Shown here in pieces: positions 32,077 to 41,660 of a stretch of DNA of 64,000 nt. Origin of the DNA: Longimicrobiales bacterium (GTDB lineage Bacteria; Gemmatimonadota; Gemmatimonadetes; Longimicrobiales; Gaopeijiaceae); NCBI GenBank assembly GCA_040216925.1, contig JAVJOF010000015.1, forward strand, positions 63,836-127,835, read 5' to 3'. The position numbers and the translations under genes were made by a program. The notes beneath the pieces are model-generated. The model searched no databases, had not been told where the DNA came from, and worked only from the letters and a program-made list of their open reading frames with translations. The number at the start of each line of letters is the position of its first letter. The first letter of the stretch is position 1.

Positions 32077-34784
32077 CCCGCCCGAGGACGTGGCGGCTCT
32101 GCCTGGTCCTGGCCGTGGCTCTGGCCGGAATGGGGGCGGGCGGGCTCACGGCCCAGGACAGCCGTCTGACGGCCGGGGTCCGGCCCGACCGCGTGCGCCC
32201 CGGGGATCCCTTCACGGTGACCCTTCGCGTGGAGGCCCCGTCCTGGCCGGACGCCCTCGTGCTCGACGTTCCCGAGGGGATGGAGACAGGCGACGTGACC
32301 GACCGCTCCAGTACGGCCGTGGCGGCCGGCGCCACCGGGATCGTGTTCGAGCGCGACGTGGTCGTGTACGCTCCGGACGGCGGCCCGCTGGCGCTGACGG
32401 CGTGGGCGCTGGTCGCCGGCGATACCGTGCGGGTCGACGTGCCCGTGGTGGCCGTGGTGGGCGGCGGGCTGGCCTGGAACCGGTCGATCGGCGAGTCCCG
32501 CCGGACCCGGGTGGCCGACCCCCTCGCCGAAGGCACGCCTCCCTCGGCCACCGGTCGCTCCTGGGAAGCCGGTGATCCGCCCGGGTACGGAGGCGCCTGG
32601 GGGTATCCCGGCGTGCCCGGCCCGTGGGGCGGTGGATACGGCCTGCCTGGCGCCTACGGTGGATACGGGGCGCCCGGATACGGAACCCCCGGGTACGGAA
32701 CCCCAGGGTACGGGACTCCCGGCTACGGAGTTCCGGGATATGGGACACCCGGGTACGGAGTCCCCGGGTACGGTGTCCCCGGGTACGGTGTCCGCGGCTA
32801 CGGCGGCTACCCTCCCCCCAGGCCCGGGGTGCCCACGTACACCCCGCCGTGGGCGGACTCCCCCGATGCGCGCTACGGCCCCACCGGACCGGGGCTCGAC
32901 ACGCTGCGCGCCGGCCCCTCCACCCTTCCGGGCGGGTACGGCCCGGGCGCCGTGTACGGGGGCGGATACGGCACGCCGTGGGGCACCGGAGCGCGCCGTT
33001 GGTTCGGACCCTCGCGCCCCCCCGGGGGCGGCTGGGCGGAGTCGGCCGACGCCGATCCGTGGTGGCCCGAACTCGTGCCGGAACTCCTGCGCTATCAGAC
33101 GGCGGCGGACGACCCGATGGGCCTGGCCCGTCTGGAAGCGGGTCTGACCCCGGACCCCGTGTACGCCGGCCAGCAGGTCACCCTCGTGGCGTCGGCCACC
33201 TTCCCGCCCGAAGCCCGCTACCGCATGGCCGCCGATCCGGAGTTCTTCCCTCCCGGAGCCGCCGACGCCTGGGTCGTGGACGTGCCGTACGCCCCCCCGC
33301 TCCCGGCCGCCGCGGCGGGGCGGATCCAGGAGGCCCACACGTTCATGCGGGCCTACTTCCCGCTCCGGGCGGGCCGGCTGACCGTCGATCCGCCCATGCT
33401 GGGCTACACCACCGGCGACGCCCTCGGGTACGGGCCGCCCACCGACAGCCTGGCCACCGAGCCCCTCACCGTGGACGTGCTCCCGGTGCCGGCCGCGTCG
33501 GCCCCCGCCGGATGGGACGGGGCCGTGGGCCGGTACCGCATCCGCGCCTGGGTCACCCCGGCCGAACTCGCGTGGAACGAATCCGCCCTCCTGACGGTGG
33601 AGGTCGCCGGCGCCGGGTACGTCCCGGCCCTTCCACGTCCCCGCGTCCCCCCGGTCTGGGCCGGTGGACTCCGGCCTCTGGGCGAGCGGGCGTGGGTGGA
33701 GGTCCGCGACGGGGTGGTGGGCGGGGTCAAGCACTTCACGTGGCTCCTGGTGCCCGGCGAGGCCGGCCCGCTCCGGGTGGACCCCATCGTGTACAGCTAC
33801 TTCGACCCGTGGCTCGGGGGATTCGGCCAGGTCGTGACCGAGGAACTCACGGTCCTGGTCCGGTCAGCCCTGGCCGATCCGCGGTCGGGCCCGGGCGCCG
33901 TCTCCTCGGATCCGGCGGATTCTTCGTGGGACACCGAAGCGGCGGACTCCGGCTGGGAGGATGCGGAGCCCGACGCGTTCGACACGGCCGCCGACGGCGC
34001 AGGGGCCGCCTCCGGCGGGGCGTCCGACGCAGCGGCGCCGGCCCCCTCCGCGGCAGCGCCCCGAGGGCTCCCGCAGGCCCGCGCGGCGGGCCGTTCGGGC
34101 GGCCGCATGCGCTCCGGACCGGACGCGACGCCCGAGGCGGCCGCCGCCGCGTTGGCGGCCGGGCTGGCCGACCGGGCCGACGACCCCCGGAGCTGGCTGG
34201 AGCTCGGCGGCGCCCTCGCGCGTTCGCGCCCCGGCGAAGGCTGGGACGCGTGGGCGTGGCGAGCGGGTCTGCAGCGCGCCCCCCGCGACGGGGCGCTCCG
34301 GGTGGCGGGGTGGGGCGACACGTCCTGGCGGTCCGGCCCGGGGCTTCCCCGTCTTCCGCTGTCTTCGGCGGAGGCCGCCGGGTTGGCCGTGGCCTTCGGC
34401 CTGCTGGGTCTGGCCGGGGCGATCGGAGGCGTGTTGGCCGGGGCGGGGACGCTGCGCCGCGGCCTGGGCGCCACCTCCGCCACCCTGATCCTCCTGGCCG
34501 GCGGCCTCGGGCTCGACCGGGCCGTGGCCGCCTCGGAAGCTGCGGTCGTGGTCGGGTTGCCCGCTCCCGTCCGCGCGACCCCCTCGTCCGAGGGTGCGCT
34601 CCTGGATCCCCTCCCGCCCGGCACGCCGGTGTCGGTCGAGGAGCGGTGGGGCGGGTGGGTCCGGATCCGCCACGGCGCCCGGGCCTCGGGGTGGGTGGAC
34701 GAGGCCGCCATCGCCCCGCTGCCCGACCACGGATCGGAGGCGGGGCAGGTGCCGGCCCTGGTGGTGGGGTCGGCCGCCTACTAG
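32073..34784 (+). CDS. BatD-like protein fused to a Gly/Tyr/Pro repeat region, TM segments and a C-terminal SH3 (BatE-like) domain
   Basis: Signal peptide. BatD-like N-terminus (VRPDRVRPGDPFTVTLRVEA). (GYGxP)10 repeat. C-terminus VRATPSSEGALLDPLPPGTPVSVEERWGGWVRIRHGARASGWVDEAAI is bacterial SH3-like. Confidence 0.7.
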   Translation: MTRPRTWRLCLVLAVALAGMGAGGLTAQDSRLTAGVRPDRVRPGDPFTVTLRVEAPSWPDALVLDVPEGMETGDVTDRSSTAVAAGATGIVFERDVVVYAPDGGPLALTAWALVAGDTVRVDVPVVAVVGGGLAWNRSIGESRRTRVADPLAEGTPPSATGRSWEAGDPPGYGGAWGYPGVPGPWGGGYGLPGAYGGYGAPGYGTPGYGTPGYGTPGYGVPGYGTPGYGVPGYGVPGYGVRGYGGYPPPRPGVPTYTPPWADSPDARYGPTGPGLDTLRAGPSTLPGGYGPGAVYGGGYGTPWGTGARRWFGPSRPPGGGWAESADADPWWPELVPELLRYQTAADDPMGLARLEAGLTPDPVYAGQQVTLVASATFPPEARYRMAADPEFFPPGAADAWVVDVPYAPPLPAAAAGRIQEAHTFMRAYFPLRAGRLTVDPPMLGYTTGDALGYGPPTDSLATEPLTVDVLPVPAASAPAGWDGAVGRYRIRAWVTPAELAWNESALLTVEVAGAGYVPALPRPRVPPVWAGGLRPLGERAWVEVRDGVVGGVKHFTWLLVPGEAGPLRVDPIVYSYFDPWLGGFGQVVTEELTVLVRSALADPRSGPGAVSSDPADSSWDTEAADSGWEDAEPDAFDTAADGAGAASGGASDAAAPAPSAAAPRGLPQARAAGRSGGRMRSGPDATPEAAAAALAAGLADRADDPRSWLELGGALARSRPGEGWDAWAWRAGLQRAPRDGALRVAGWGDTSWRSGPGLPRLPLSSAEAAGLAVAFGLLGLAGAIGGVLAGAGTLRRGLGATSATLILLAGGLGLDRAVAASEAAVVVGLPAPVRATPSSEGALLDPLPPGTPVSVEERWGGWVRIRHGARASGWVDEAAIAPLPDHGSEAGQVPALVVGSAAY
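32661..32810 (+). repeat. Ten consecutive 15-nt coding repeats (G-Y-G-x-P)
   Basis: GGN TAY GGN NNN CCN occurs ten times in frame. The units differ at synonymous positions. Looser G/Y/P-rich sequence flanks the array (32577-33010). Confidence 0.9.
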
Positions 34785-34806
34785 AACCGGCTTCCGGCGG
34801 GTCCCG

Positions 34807-37224
34807 CTATCCGGCGACGGTCCGGGGTCGAAGGACCTCGGCCACCCGGGCCAGCAGTTCCTTCGCCCGGAAGGGCTTCAGGATCAGGTCCCGGGTCGCG
34901 TCCACTCCGGGGATCGCGTCGATGCGGTCCTCCAGGTAGCCCGACATGAACAGGATCGGAAGCTCCGGCCGGACGGCGCGGACGTCTTCCGCCAGCTCCA
35001 CGCCGCTCCGACCCGGCATGATGACGTCGGTAAGGAGCAGGTCGAACGCCCAGTCGTGGGCCTCGAGGGCGTCCGTGCCCTCGTCGGCGTCGGCGGCGGA
35101 GATCACCTCGTAGCCCCCCCGCTCCAGGATCAGGGCGACCAGGCCACGGGCACTGTCGTCGTCCTCCACCACCAGGATCCGGCCCTGTCCGGGCTGGTCC
35201 AGGTCCGGCTCGGCCTGGTGCGCCACCTGTTCGGTCCACTCCTTCGGGGCCCGGGGCCAGTGGAGGGTCACGGTCGTGCCTCGGGTGCGCTCGCTCTCCA
35301 ACTCGACCCGGCCTCCGTTCTGCGTCACGATCCCGTGGACCGTGGACAGCCCGAGCCCGGTGCCCTGACCCCTGGGCTTGGACGTGAAGAACGGGTCGAA
35401 CGCGCGGGTGACCGTGTCGGGGTCCATGCCCACGCCCTGGTCCGACAGCGACAGGACCGCCGGCGCTTCGTCGGACCCCTCGGGTGCCCAGGCGCGGAGG
35501 GTCACCCGTCCGCCGTCCGGCATCGCGTCGCGGGCGTTGGCGGCCAGGTTCAGCAGGACCTGCTCGAGCTGACCCTGGTCCCCCACGATCCACGGGTCGT
35601 CCCGGACGTCGATGACCAGCTCGAACTGCTCACCCAGGAGCCGCTCCAGGAGCGGGCGGGTCTCGGGAAGGACGGTGCTCAGCTCGAGGGCTTTCGGCTG
35701 GACCACCTCCTTCCGTGCGAAGGCCAGGAGCTGACGGGTGAGACGGGCGCCGCGCTCCTGCGCCTTCAGGATCTCACGGGCCAGCGTGCCCACCATCTCG
35801 TCGTCGGTCTCGGACAGGATGTCGGCGCATCCGCCCACGACCATCAGGAGGTTGTTGAAGTCGTGTGCCACGCCTCCCGCCAGCTGGCCCACGGCCTCCA
35901 TGCGCTGTGCGTGTTCGAGCTGGCGCTGGAGCTTGCGCTGGTCCTCTTCCGCCCGGACCCGCTCCGAGATGTCCAGTACGAAGGCCACCAGCACCGTCCG
36001 ACCGTCCAGGACGGTGTCCTGGAGCTGGGTCTCGACGGGGTAGACGGATCCGTCACGGCGGCGGTGGATGCCGCGGACGGGCAGGGGGGCGGCCGCCCGA
36101 CGGGAGGCCTCCCGCAGGCGCGCGGCCGTGAACGACGGGTTGATGTCGGAGGGATGCAGGTCCGACAGGTCCTCCAGCGCGTACCCCAGGTTCTCCCGGG
36201 CGCCCCGGCTGGCCATCAGGAGGCGCCCGTCGCCCTCGGGGCTCAGCACGTACACCTCGCCCAACGCCTCCTGCAGGATCCGCCCGAGCTGGCCGGCCCG
36301 GCTTTCCGCGCGGTGACGGGCGGTCACGTCCCGCAGCACCACCTGGATCCGCTCGTGTCCCGCGGGACCCTCGGATGCGTCGGACGTGGCCTCCACCACC
36401 ATGTCGCCGTCCCGGAGGATCAGCGTCACCGGCGTGAGGTTCCGCTGTTCGAGCAGCAGCCGGACCCCGTTGCGCCCGTCGTCGTCCCGGGGTTCGAGGA
36501 CCTCGCCGAGTGGGGCGCCCAGGAGTTCCTCCACGACACCGCCGAGGATCCGGGCGGCGGCGGGATTCAACGCGACCACGACCCCGTCGTCCACGGTCAG
36601 GATGCCGTCGGGGGCGTCGTCCACGACCTGGCGGACGCGGGCGCCCGCGTCGATGGCCGATTCGAGGGCGTCGTGCAGGGCGTGCAGCGCCAGCGTGACC
36701 AGCCCGAGGGCCACGAACATGGCGGGCACCAGGGTGGCCAGGATGCTCAGGTCCTCGACCACCGACAGCCCGTTCCCTTCGGTGCCGTGGAGGGCCCGTC
36801 CCAGGAGCGCTGCGGCGGGTGCGGCGACGGTGGTCAGGCTGGCCACCAGGAAGGCGACTCGCGTGGTCGTGAGCAGTCCCGTACACACCACCATGACCGG
36901 GAAGATCAGGACCGGCGACGACCACAGGTACCCGAACGAGTAGATCGAGTAGTGCAGTTCGAACCAGATGATGGTCAGGACCAGGGCGCCTGCGGCCCGG
37001 GCCCGATCCTTTCGCTGGAGCCACAGGGACACGAAGCCTGCCGCGACCACCGCCCCCTCGGAGAACCACACCACCGAGCCGGGTTCACCGAGCAGGAGCG
37101 TGGCCACGTAGAACGCGGCGTAGCCCAGGATGGCCATGTACGTGCCGATCCGGACCCAGCTGGCGTACTGCTCTTTCGGCAGCCTACGCAGAGACGACTG
37201 GCCGATCGAGGGGATCGGGCGCAT
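34807..37224 (-). CDS. PAS-domain hybrid sensor histidine kinase/response regulator
   Basis: About 6 N-terminal TM helices and PAS regions. H-box VAHDFNNLL. N-box LLNLAANARDA, DQGVGM, GTGLGLS. C-terminal receiver ILVVEDDD...LLLTDVIMPGRSG...ILKPF. Confidence 0.9.
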   Translation of the reverse strand: MRPIPSIGQSSLRRLPKEQYASWVRIGTYMAILGYAAFYVATLLLGEPGSVVWFSEGAVVAAGFVSLWLQRKDRARAAGALVLTIIWFELHYSIYSFGYLWSSPVLIFPVMVVCTGLLTTTRVAFLVASLTTVAAPAAALLGRALHGTEGNGLSVVEDLSILATLVPAMFVALGLVTLALHALHDALESAIDAGARVRQVVDDAPDGILTVDDGVVVALNPAAARILGGVVEELLGAPLGEVLEPRDDDGRNGVRLLLEQRNLTPVTLILRDGDMVVEATSDASEGPAGHERIQVVLRDVTARHRAESRAGQLGRILQEALGEVYVLSPEGDGRLLMASRGARENLGYALEDLSDLHPSDINPSFTAARLREASRRAAAPLPVRGIHRRRDGSVYPVETQLQDTVLDGRTVLVAFVLDISERVRAEEDQRKLQRQLEHAQRMEAVGQLAGGVAHDFNNLLMVVGGCADILSETDDEMVGTLAREILKAQERGARLTRQLLAFARKEVVQPKALELSTVLPETRPLLERLLGEQFELVIDVRDDPWIVGDQGQLEQVLLNLAANARDAMPDGGRVTLRAWAPEGSDEAPAVLSLSDQGVGMDPDTVTRAFDPFFTSKPRGQGTGLGLSTVHGIVTQNGGRVELESERTRGTTVTLHWPRAPKEWTEQVAHQAEPDLDQPGQGRILVVEDDDSARGLVALILERGGYEVISAADADEGTDALEAHDWAFDLLLTDVIMPGRSGVELAEDVRAVRPELPILFMSGYLEDRIDAIPGVDATRDLILKPFRAKELLARVAEVLRPRTVAG

Positions 37225-37345
37225 GAGGAGCGGCCTTGGCGAGGGGATTCTGTTCCGGGAGTATCGGAACGCGCAGGGCCCGTCTTGAGCGGCCCGGACG
37301 CGGGTGCGGTGGCTCTCGGGGGCCCGGTAGGCGCCAGGGGCTATC

Positions 37346-37789
37346 CTAGCGCCAGGACTGGAGTTCGAGGACGTTCCCCTCGGGGTCGCGTGCGTACACG
37401 AACTCCAGGGTGCCGACCCCCTCCACGTGGGCGCCCGACACCTGGCCCTGGGCGCTGCCGCCGGCGGCCACCACGGCCTTCAGGACGTGGCGGACGTCGT
37501 CCACGCGGAAGGCCAGGTGGCCGAGGCCGAATCGGTTGGGCTCGGGGAGGGGTGCGTCCAGCGCCGGGGTGTAGGTGTAGATCTCGAGGGTCGGCCCGTC
37601 CGGCCCGTGCCCCGGCAGGAGCAGGTGTACACCCTCCAGCCGGACGCCCTCCACGCCGACCCCGCAATCCAGCCACGCACCGGCCTGGTCCCGGCGGGGG
37701 CCCGTCGGGACGCACCCGAAGACCGACTCGTAGAAGGCCGCGAGGGCCCGCCAGTCGCGGGCGACCAGGTTCGTGTGGACGTACCGCAC
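37346..37789 (-). CDS. VOC/glyoxalase-family protein
   Basis: From the internal GTG: VRYVHTNLVARDWRALAAFYESVFG...GLGHLAFRVDDV...EFVYARDPEGNVLELQ. The upstream 114 codons of the ORF are Pro/Arg-rich and were excluded. Confidence 0.7.
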   Translation of the reverse strand: MRYVHTNLVARDWRALAAFYESVFGCVPTGPRRDQAGAWLDCGVGVEGVRLEGVHLLLPGHGPDGPTLEIYTYTPALDAPLPEPNRFGLGHLAFRVDDVRHVLKAVVAAGGSAQGQVSGAHVEGVGTLEFVYARDPEGNVLELQSWR

Positions 37790-37962
37790 GCGGGACTCCG
37801 GTGGGAAGTGGGGGTGCAGGTGGAAACGTAGGGCCCGGGGCGCCGGGGGGCACGAGGCCTTCGGTGGGGCCGGACCTCCCGGAATTCCTTGCGTTTCCCG
37901 GGGTGGGCGGGGAATCATAGCGTGCCCGGTCACCCCGGCGGTGGGCGGGCCCCGACTTCCGG

Positions 37963-40170
37963 TTGGCGGCGAGACCCATGGCATCCCGCGACACACCAGG
38001 GCGCACGGGGTGGCGGGCCCTGCTTGACGAGGCTCGCCGCCGTGAAGTGCACCGTGCCCTGGCGATCTACGGGGCCGTCCTGTGGGGCGCGGTGGCGTCG
38101 GCGCCCGACCTGATCCAGTACGTCGGCGCACCCGGGTGGATCTTCCCGGCGCTCCTCGTCGTGCTGGCCCTGGGGCTTCCCGTGGTGGCGGTGGCGTCGT
38201 GGACGCTGGACTTCTCCGTGACCGGCGAGGCGCCGCTGGCCGAGCAGGACGCCCACGAGCCGGTCCTGCTCACACCCGACGACGTGACCCGGCGGGGCGC
38301 CGGGCCGACCCGGCGGGTCCTGGGCTGGGCGGTACCCATCGGCCTCCTGGTGGCGTTCCCGTTCCTCGTCCGGTGGCTCCTGGCTCCAGCGCCGGGCGGA
38401 GCTCTGACCGTGGCCATCGACGCCTCGGCCGACGTCTCCGCCACGCTCCGCCCGCCCCTGGAATGGCTCCTCGGAGCCCGGACCGAGGTGTTGCCCCCGC
38501 ACGGCGAGGGCACCGGTGCGTCCCTCCGGGCCGCGCGCCGGCGGGGGGCGGCGTACCTGATCTCCAGCGACTCCCTGGCCGGCGGCGTCGGGACCGTGAC
38601 GGCCACCGTGTTCGACGTGGCCACAGGGGAGCGCCTGGACGTGCTGTCCGGAGGTGGGGCGGCCGAATCGGTCCGCCATGCCGCAGGGCGTCTCTCCTTG
38701 GAGATCGCGCGCAGGCTGGCCGAACGGGAGGGAAGACCGCTGGCGGTGGCCCGGGAGGTCACGTTGGAGACGGAGTCGCCGATGGCCCTCTTCAACCTGC
38801 TGGAGGGGCAGCGACGCTTCGGTGCCGCGGACTTCGACGCGGCGGTGGCCGCCTACCGCCGGGCCATCGAAGCCGATTCGAGCTTCGTTCCCGCCTACTA
38901 CCGGCTGGCGGTGGCCCAGCGCTGGTTGTGGAGCTATTCGGCGGGATGGGACGCGCTGGCCGTGGTGCTGGACGGACGGGACGTGCCTCCCCGCTGGCTG
39001 CGCCTGATCCGGGCCCAGCAGCGCTACCTCGAGCGCGACGCGGCCGGGGCCGTGGCGGGGTTCGAGCAGACCACCCTCCATCACCCTGAACTCCTGGAAG
39101 CGTGGCTCGGTCTGGGCGAAGCGCTGTTCCACTACGGCGGGATGCTCGGGCACGATCTCCAGGAGGCCTGGGGCCCCCTGGAACGCGCGGTGGCGACCGA
39201 TCCGTCGTTCGCGCCGATCGGGCATCACCTGGTCGAGCTCGCGCTGTGGCGGGCCGACCCGGATGCGGCCCGGCAGGCGCTGGCGGCCATGCCCGCGGGC
39301 CACCCGGTCCGTCCCGTCATGGAGGTGGCCCTGGCCCTGGGGTATGGCACCTCCTCGGAGCGGGCCGCCGCCTGGCAGACCGCGGAGACGTGGGACCTCC
39401 GCCTGCTCTCACTGCTGGTGGCCCACTTCGGGTTCCACCCCGAGGGGCGCTCCATGGCCGACTCGGTGGCCGCCCTCCTGACCCGTCCGGAGCGCCGGTC
39501 GGACGAACGGCTCCGCGGCGCCCAGTACCGCCTCATGCTCGCCGACGACGCGACCTGGCCCCGGGCCCTGTCGGACTGGCGGGCCGCCCGCGCCCTGGAG
39601 CCCTTCGACACGTGGGCCGTCCACGCCCATCAGGCGGGACGGGACGTTCCCGAGGCCCCCGCCATGCTGGCGTGGGCCGAGCGTCAGTGGCGCTCCGGAG
39701 CCGTACCCGACTTCGGCCTGTCCCTGGACCACGACCTGCGACGGGCCTTCCACGCGCTGATCCACGACGCCGTGCTCCGCGGCGACTCGGTGCGGACCGG
39801 GGCGCTCCTCGCGTCCGTGGAGCGTGCCGCGCCCGCGCACCCCAGCGACCCGGCGCCCACGGTCCTGTCCGCCGCCCTCCGGGGGCGGCTGGCGTTCCTG
39901 GCCGGCGACACCGCCCGCGCAGTGGACGAGCTGACCCGGGCGGCGTCCCGCAGCGCCGAGCCCTACGTGGCCTTCTACCCCGCGTCCACGATGGCGCCCG
40001 AGCGCCGCCTGCTGGTGGAGTGGAACCGGGCCCTCGGGCGCCAGGACGAGGCCGATCGCTGGCTGCGCTCCTTCCACCACTCGTTGTCCTTCGGAGACCT
40101 CCTCTACCAGGGCGTAATCGACGCCGGAGGCGGCTCTCCGCGATCCCCCCCACCAAGGAGTCCACCGTGA
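37963..40170 (+). CDS. Membrane-anchored TPR-repeat protein (function unknown)
   Basis: Two TM helices near the N-terminus (IYGAVLWGAVASAP..., IFPALLVVLALGLPVVAVASW). The long C-terminal region has TPR-like helical repeats. Confidence 0.6.
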   Translation: MAARPMASRDTPGRTGWRALLDEARRREVHRALAIYGAVLWGAVASAPDLIQYVGAPGWIFPALLVVLALGLPVVAVASWTLDFSVTGEAPLAEQDAHEPVLLTPDDVTRRGAGPTRRVLGWAVPIGLLVAFPFLVRWLLAPAPGGALTVAIDASADVSATLRPPLEWLLGARTEVLPPHGEGTGASLRAARRRGAAYLISSDSLAGGVGTVTATVFDVATGERLDVLSGGGAAESVRHAAGRLSLEIARRLAEREGRPLAVAREVTLETESPMALFNLLEGQRRFGAADFDAAVAAYRRAIEADSSFVPAYYRLAVAQRWLWSYSAGWDALAVVLDGRDVPPRWLRLIRAQQRYLERDAAGAVAGFEQTTLHHPELLEAWLGLGEALFHYGGMLGHDLQEAWGPLERAVATDPSFAPIGHHLVELALWRADPDAARQALAAMPAGHPVRPVMEVALALGYGTSSERAAAWQTAETWDLRLLSLLVAHFGFHPEGRSMADSVAALLTRPERRSDERLRGAQYRLMLADDATWPRALSDWRAARALEPFDTWAVHAHQAGRDVPEAPAMLAWAERQWRSGAVPDFGLSLDHDLRRAFHALIHDAVLRGDSVRTGALLASVERAAPAHPSDPAPTVLSAALRGRLAFLAGDTARAVDELTRAASRSAEPYVAFYPASTMAPERRLLVEWNRALGRQDEADRWLRSFHHSLSFGDLLYQGVIDAGGGSPRSPPPRSPP

Positions 40171-40556
40171 GCGACACCGTGTCCCAGGCACTCGGGAACC
40201 TGGCCATGATCTTCGACATCATCCCCACGAGGAATCGCCCCAAGCTCAGTGAGGTCCAGGCCGGCACGCCGGAGTTCGACTACATGCTGGCGTCCATCGT
40301 CTTCGACATGGCCAAGAAGAACGCGCTGGCCCACATGGCCCTGCGGCGCTTCATCCTCCACGCCGACCCGGAGCTGACCCGGCGGATCCTCCACGACATG
40401 GATGCCCTCGAGGCGCTCGGGCAGGACTACGGGGCCCTTGCCGAGGCGACCGAGGCGTCCATGCTGGAGGCGGTCGGTGAGAGCTACGAAGACCACCTCC
40501 GTCTGGGACGGATGGTGGTCCGGTGGGCGGACGGCGCGCCGGACTCCATGGACTGA
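40167..40556 (+). CDS. Hypothetical acidic helical protein (129 aa)
   Basis: AAGGAG RBS 7 nt upstream of the GTG. GTGA overlap with the preceding TPR gene. Protein-like composition, no family recognised. Confidence 0.5.
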   Translation: MSDTVSQALGNLAMIFDIIPTRNRPKLSEVQAGTPEFDYMLASIVFDMAKKNALAHMALRRFILHADPELTRRILHDMDALEALGQDYGALAEATEASMLEAVGESYEDHLRLGRMVVRWADGAPDSMD

Positions 40557-40706
40557 GTCGCGGCGAAGCGGACGCGGCGGCGTCCTGGCGCCCCGGGGCG
40601 GGCCGTCGCGGTCGCCTCGGGCGCGGGTCCCTGGTAGATTGGCGGCCCTTCGTGCGCCTCCGGGACCGGGGCGCCGTTCCCTCTCGACCCAACCTCCTCC
40701 GCTCAC

Positions 40707-41654
40707 GTGAATCGCATTCTCGTCACCGGCGCCGGCGGCCAGATCGGGGCCTGGTTGGTTCCGGCACTCCGGGAGCGCTACGGAAGCGCCAACGTCCTGG
40801 CCACCGACATCCGCACGCTCGACACCGGGATGACCGAGTCCGGCCCCTTCCAGGTGCTTGACGCCACGGACCGGCGGGCGGTGGGGCAGGCCGTCATGCG
40901 CCACGACGCCGACGTCGTCTACCACCTCGCGGCCGTCCTGTCCGCCGTGGGCGAGAAGGACCCCCGGCTGGCGTGGCACGTGAACATGGCCAGCCTGGAG
41001 GCCGTGCTGGAGGTGGCGCGGGAGCAGGAGTGCGCCGTGTTCACCCCCAGCTCCATCGGGGTGTTCGGGCCCGACAGTCCGAAGGACCCCACGCCGCAGG
41101 ACACCGTCATGCGACCCCGCACCATGTACGGCGTCACGAAGGTGGCCGGCGAACTCCTGTGCGACTACTACCACAGCCGGTACGGCGTGGACACGCGGGG
41201 CGTGCGCTTCCCGGGGTTGATCTCGTACGGAGCGCCTCCCGGGGGCGGCACGACCGACTGGGCGGTGGACATCTTCCACAAGGCCGTGAGCGAGGGGCGG
41301 TACACGTCGTTCCTGGGCCCGGACACGCTCATCGACATGATGTACATGCCCGACGCGGTGCGGGCCGCCATCGATGTCATGGAGGCGGACCCGGACCGGC
41401 TGCGGCACCGGAACGCCTTCAACGTCACGGCGTTCCAGCTCGCGCCGGCGGGCCTCGCGAGGGTCATCGCCGCCCACGTACCCGGGTTCGAGATCGACTA
41501 CGACGTGGACCCCGTGCGTCAGTCGATCGCCGAGAGCTGGCCGGACCGCATCGACGATTCGGCCGCCCGGGACGAATGGGGGTGGGCGCCCGAATACGAC
41601 GTCGAGGCGATGGTGGTGGACATGCTCAAGAATCTGGGCGACGGCGGGTCGTGA
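40707..41654 (+). CDS. tdh: NAD-dependent epimerase-type L-threonine 3-dehydrogenase
   Basis: Rossmann ILVTGAGGQIGAWL, and YGVTK catalytic Tyr-x3-Lys. Pairing with kbl downstream is the classic threonine-to-glycine route. Confidence 0.8.
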   Translation: MNRILVTGAGGQIGAWLVPALRERYGSANVLATDIRTLDTGMTESGPFQVLDATDRRAVGQAVMRHDADVVYHLAAVLSAVGEKDPRLAWHVNMASLEAVLEVAREQECAVFTPSSIGVFGPDSPKDPTPQDTVMRPRTMYGVTKVAGELLCDYYHSRYGVDTRGVRFPGLISYGAPPGGGTTDWAVDIFHKAVSEGRYTSFLGPDTLIDMMYMPDAVRAAIDVMEADPDRLRHRNAFNVTAFQLAPAGLARVIAAHVPGFEIDYDVDPVRQSIAESWPDRIDDSAARDEWGWAPEYDVEAMVVDMLKNLGDGGS

Positions 41655-41660
41655 AGGGGC

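Noticed and set aside
34594-37920. 1108-aa + strand ORF overlapping the PAS hybrid histidine kinase.
   Set aside because: The minus-strand product has complete, canonical PAS/HisKA/HATPase/REC motifs. The + strand translation is low-complexity (Arg/Gly/Pro/His).
37790-38131. N-terminal 114-codon extension of the VOC/glyoxalase ORF in the track (37346-38131).
   Set aside because: The extension is Pro/Arg/Gly-rich and overlaps the start region of the divergent TPR gene. The VOC fold begins at the internal GTG (VRYVHTNL...). The exact start remains uncertain.
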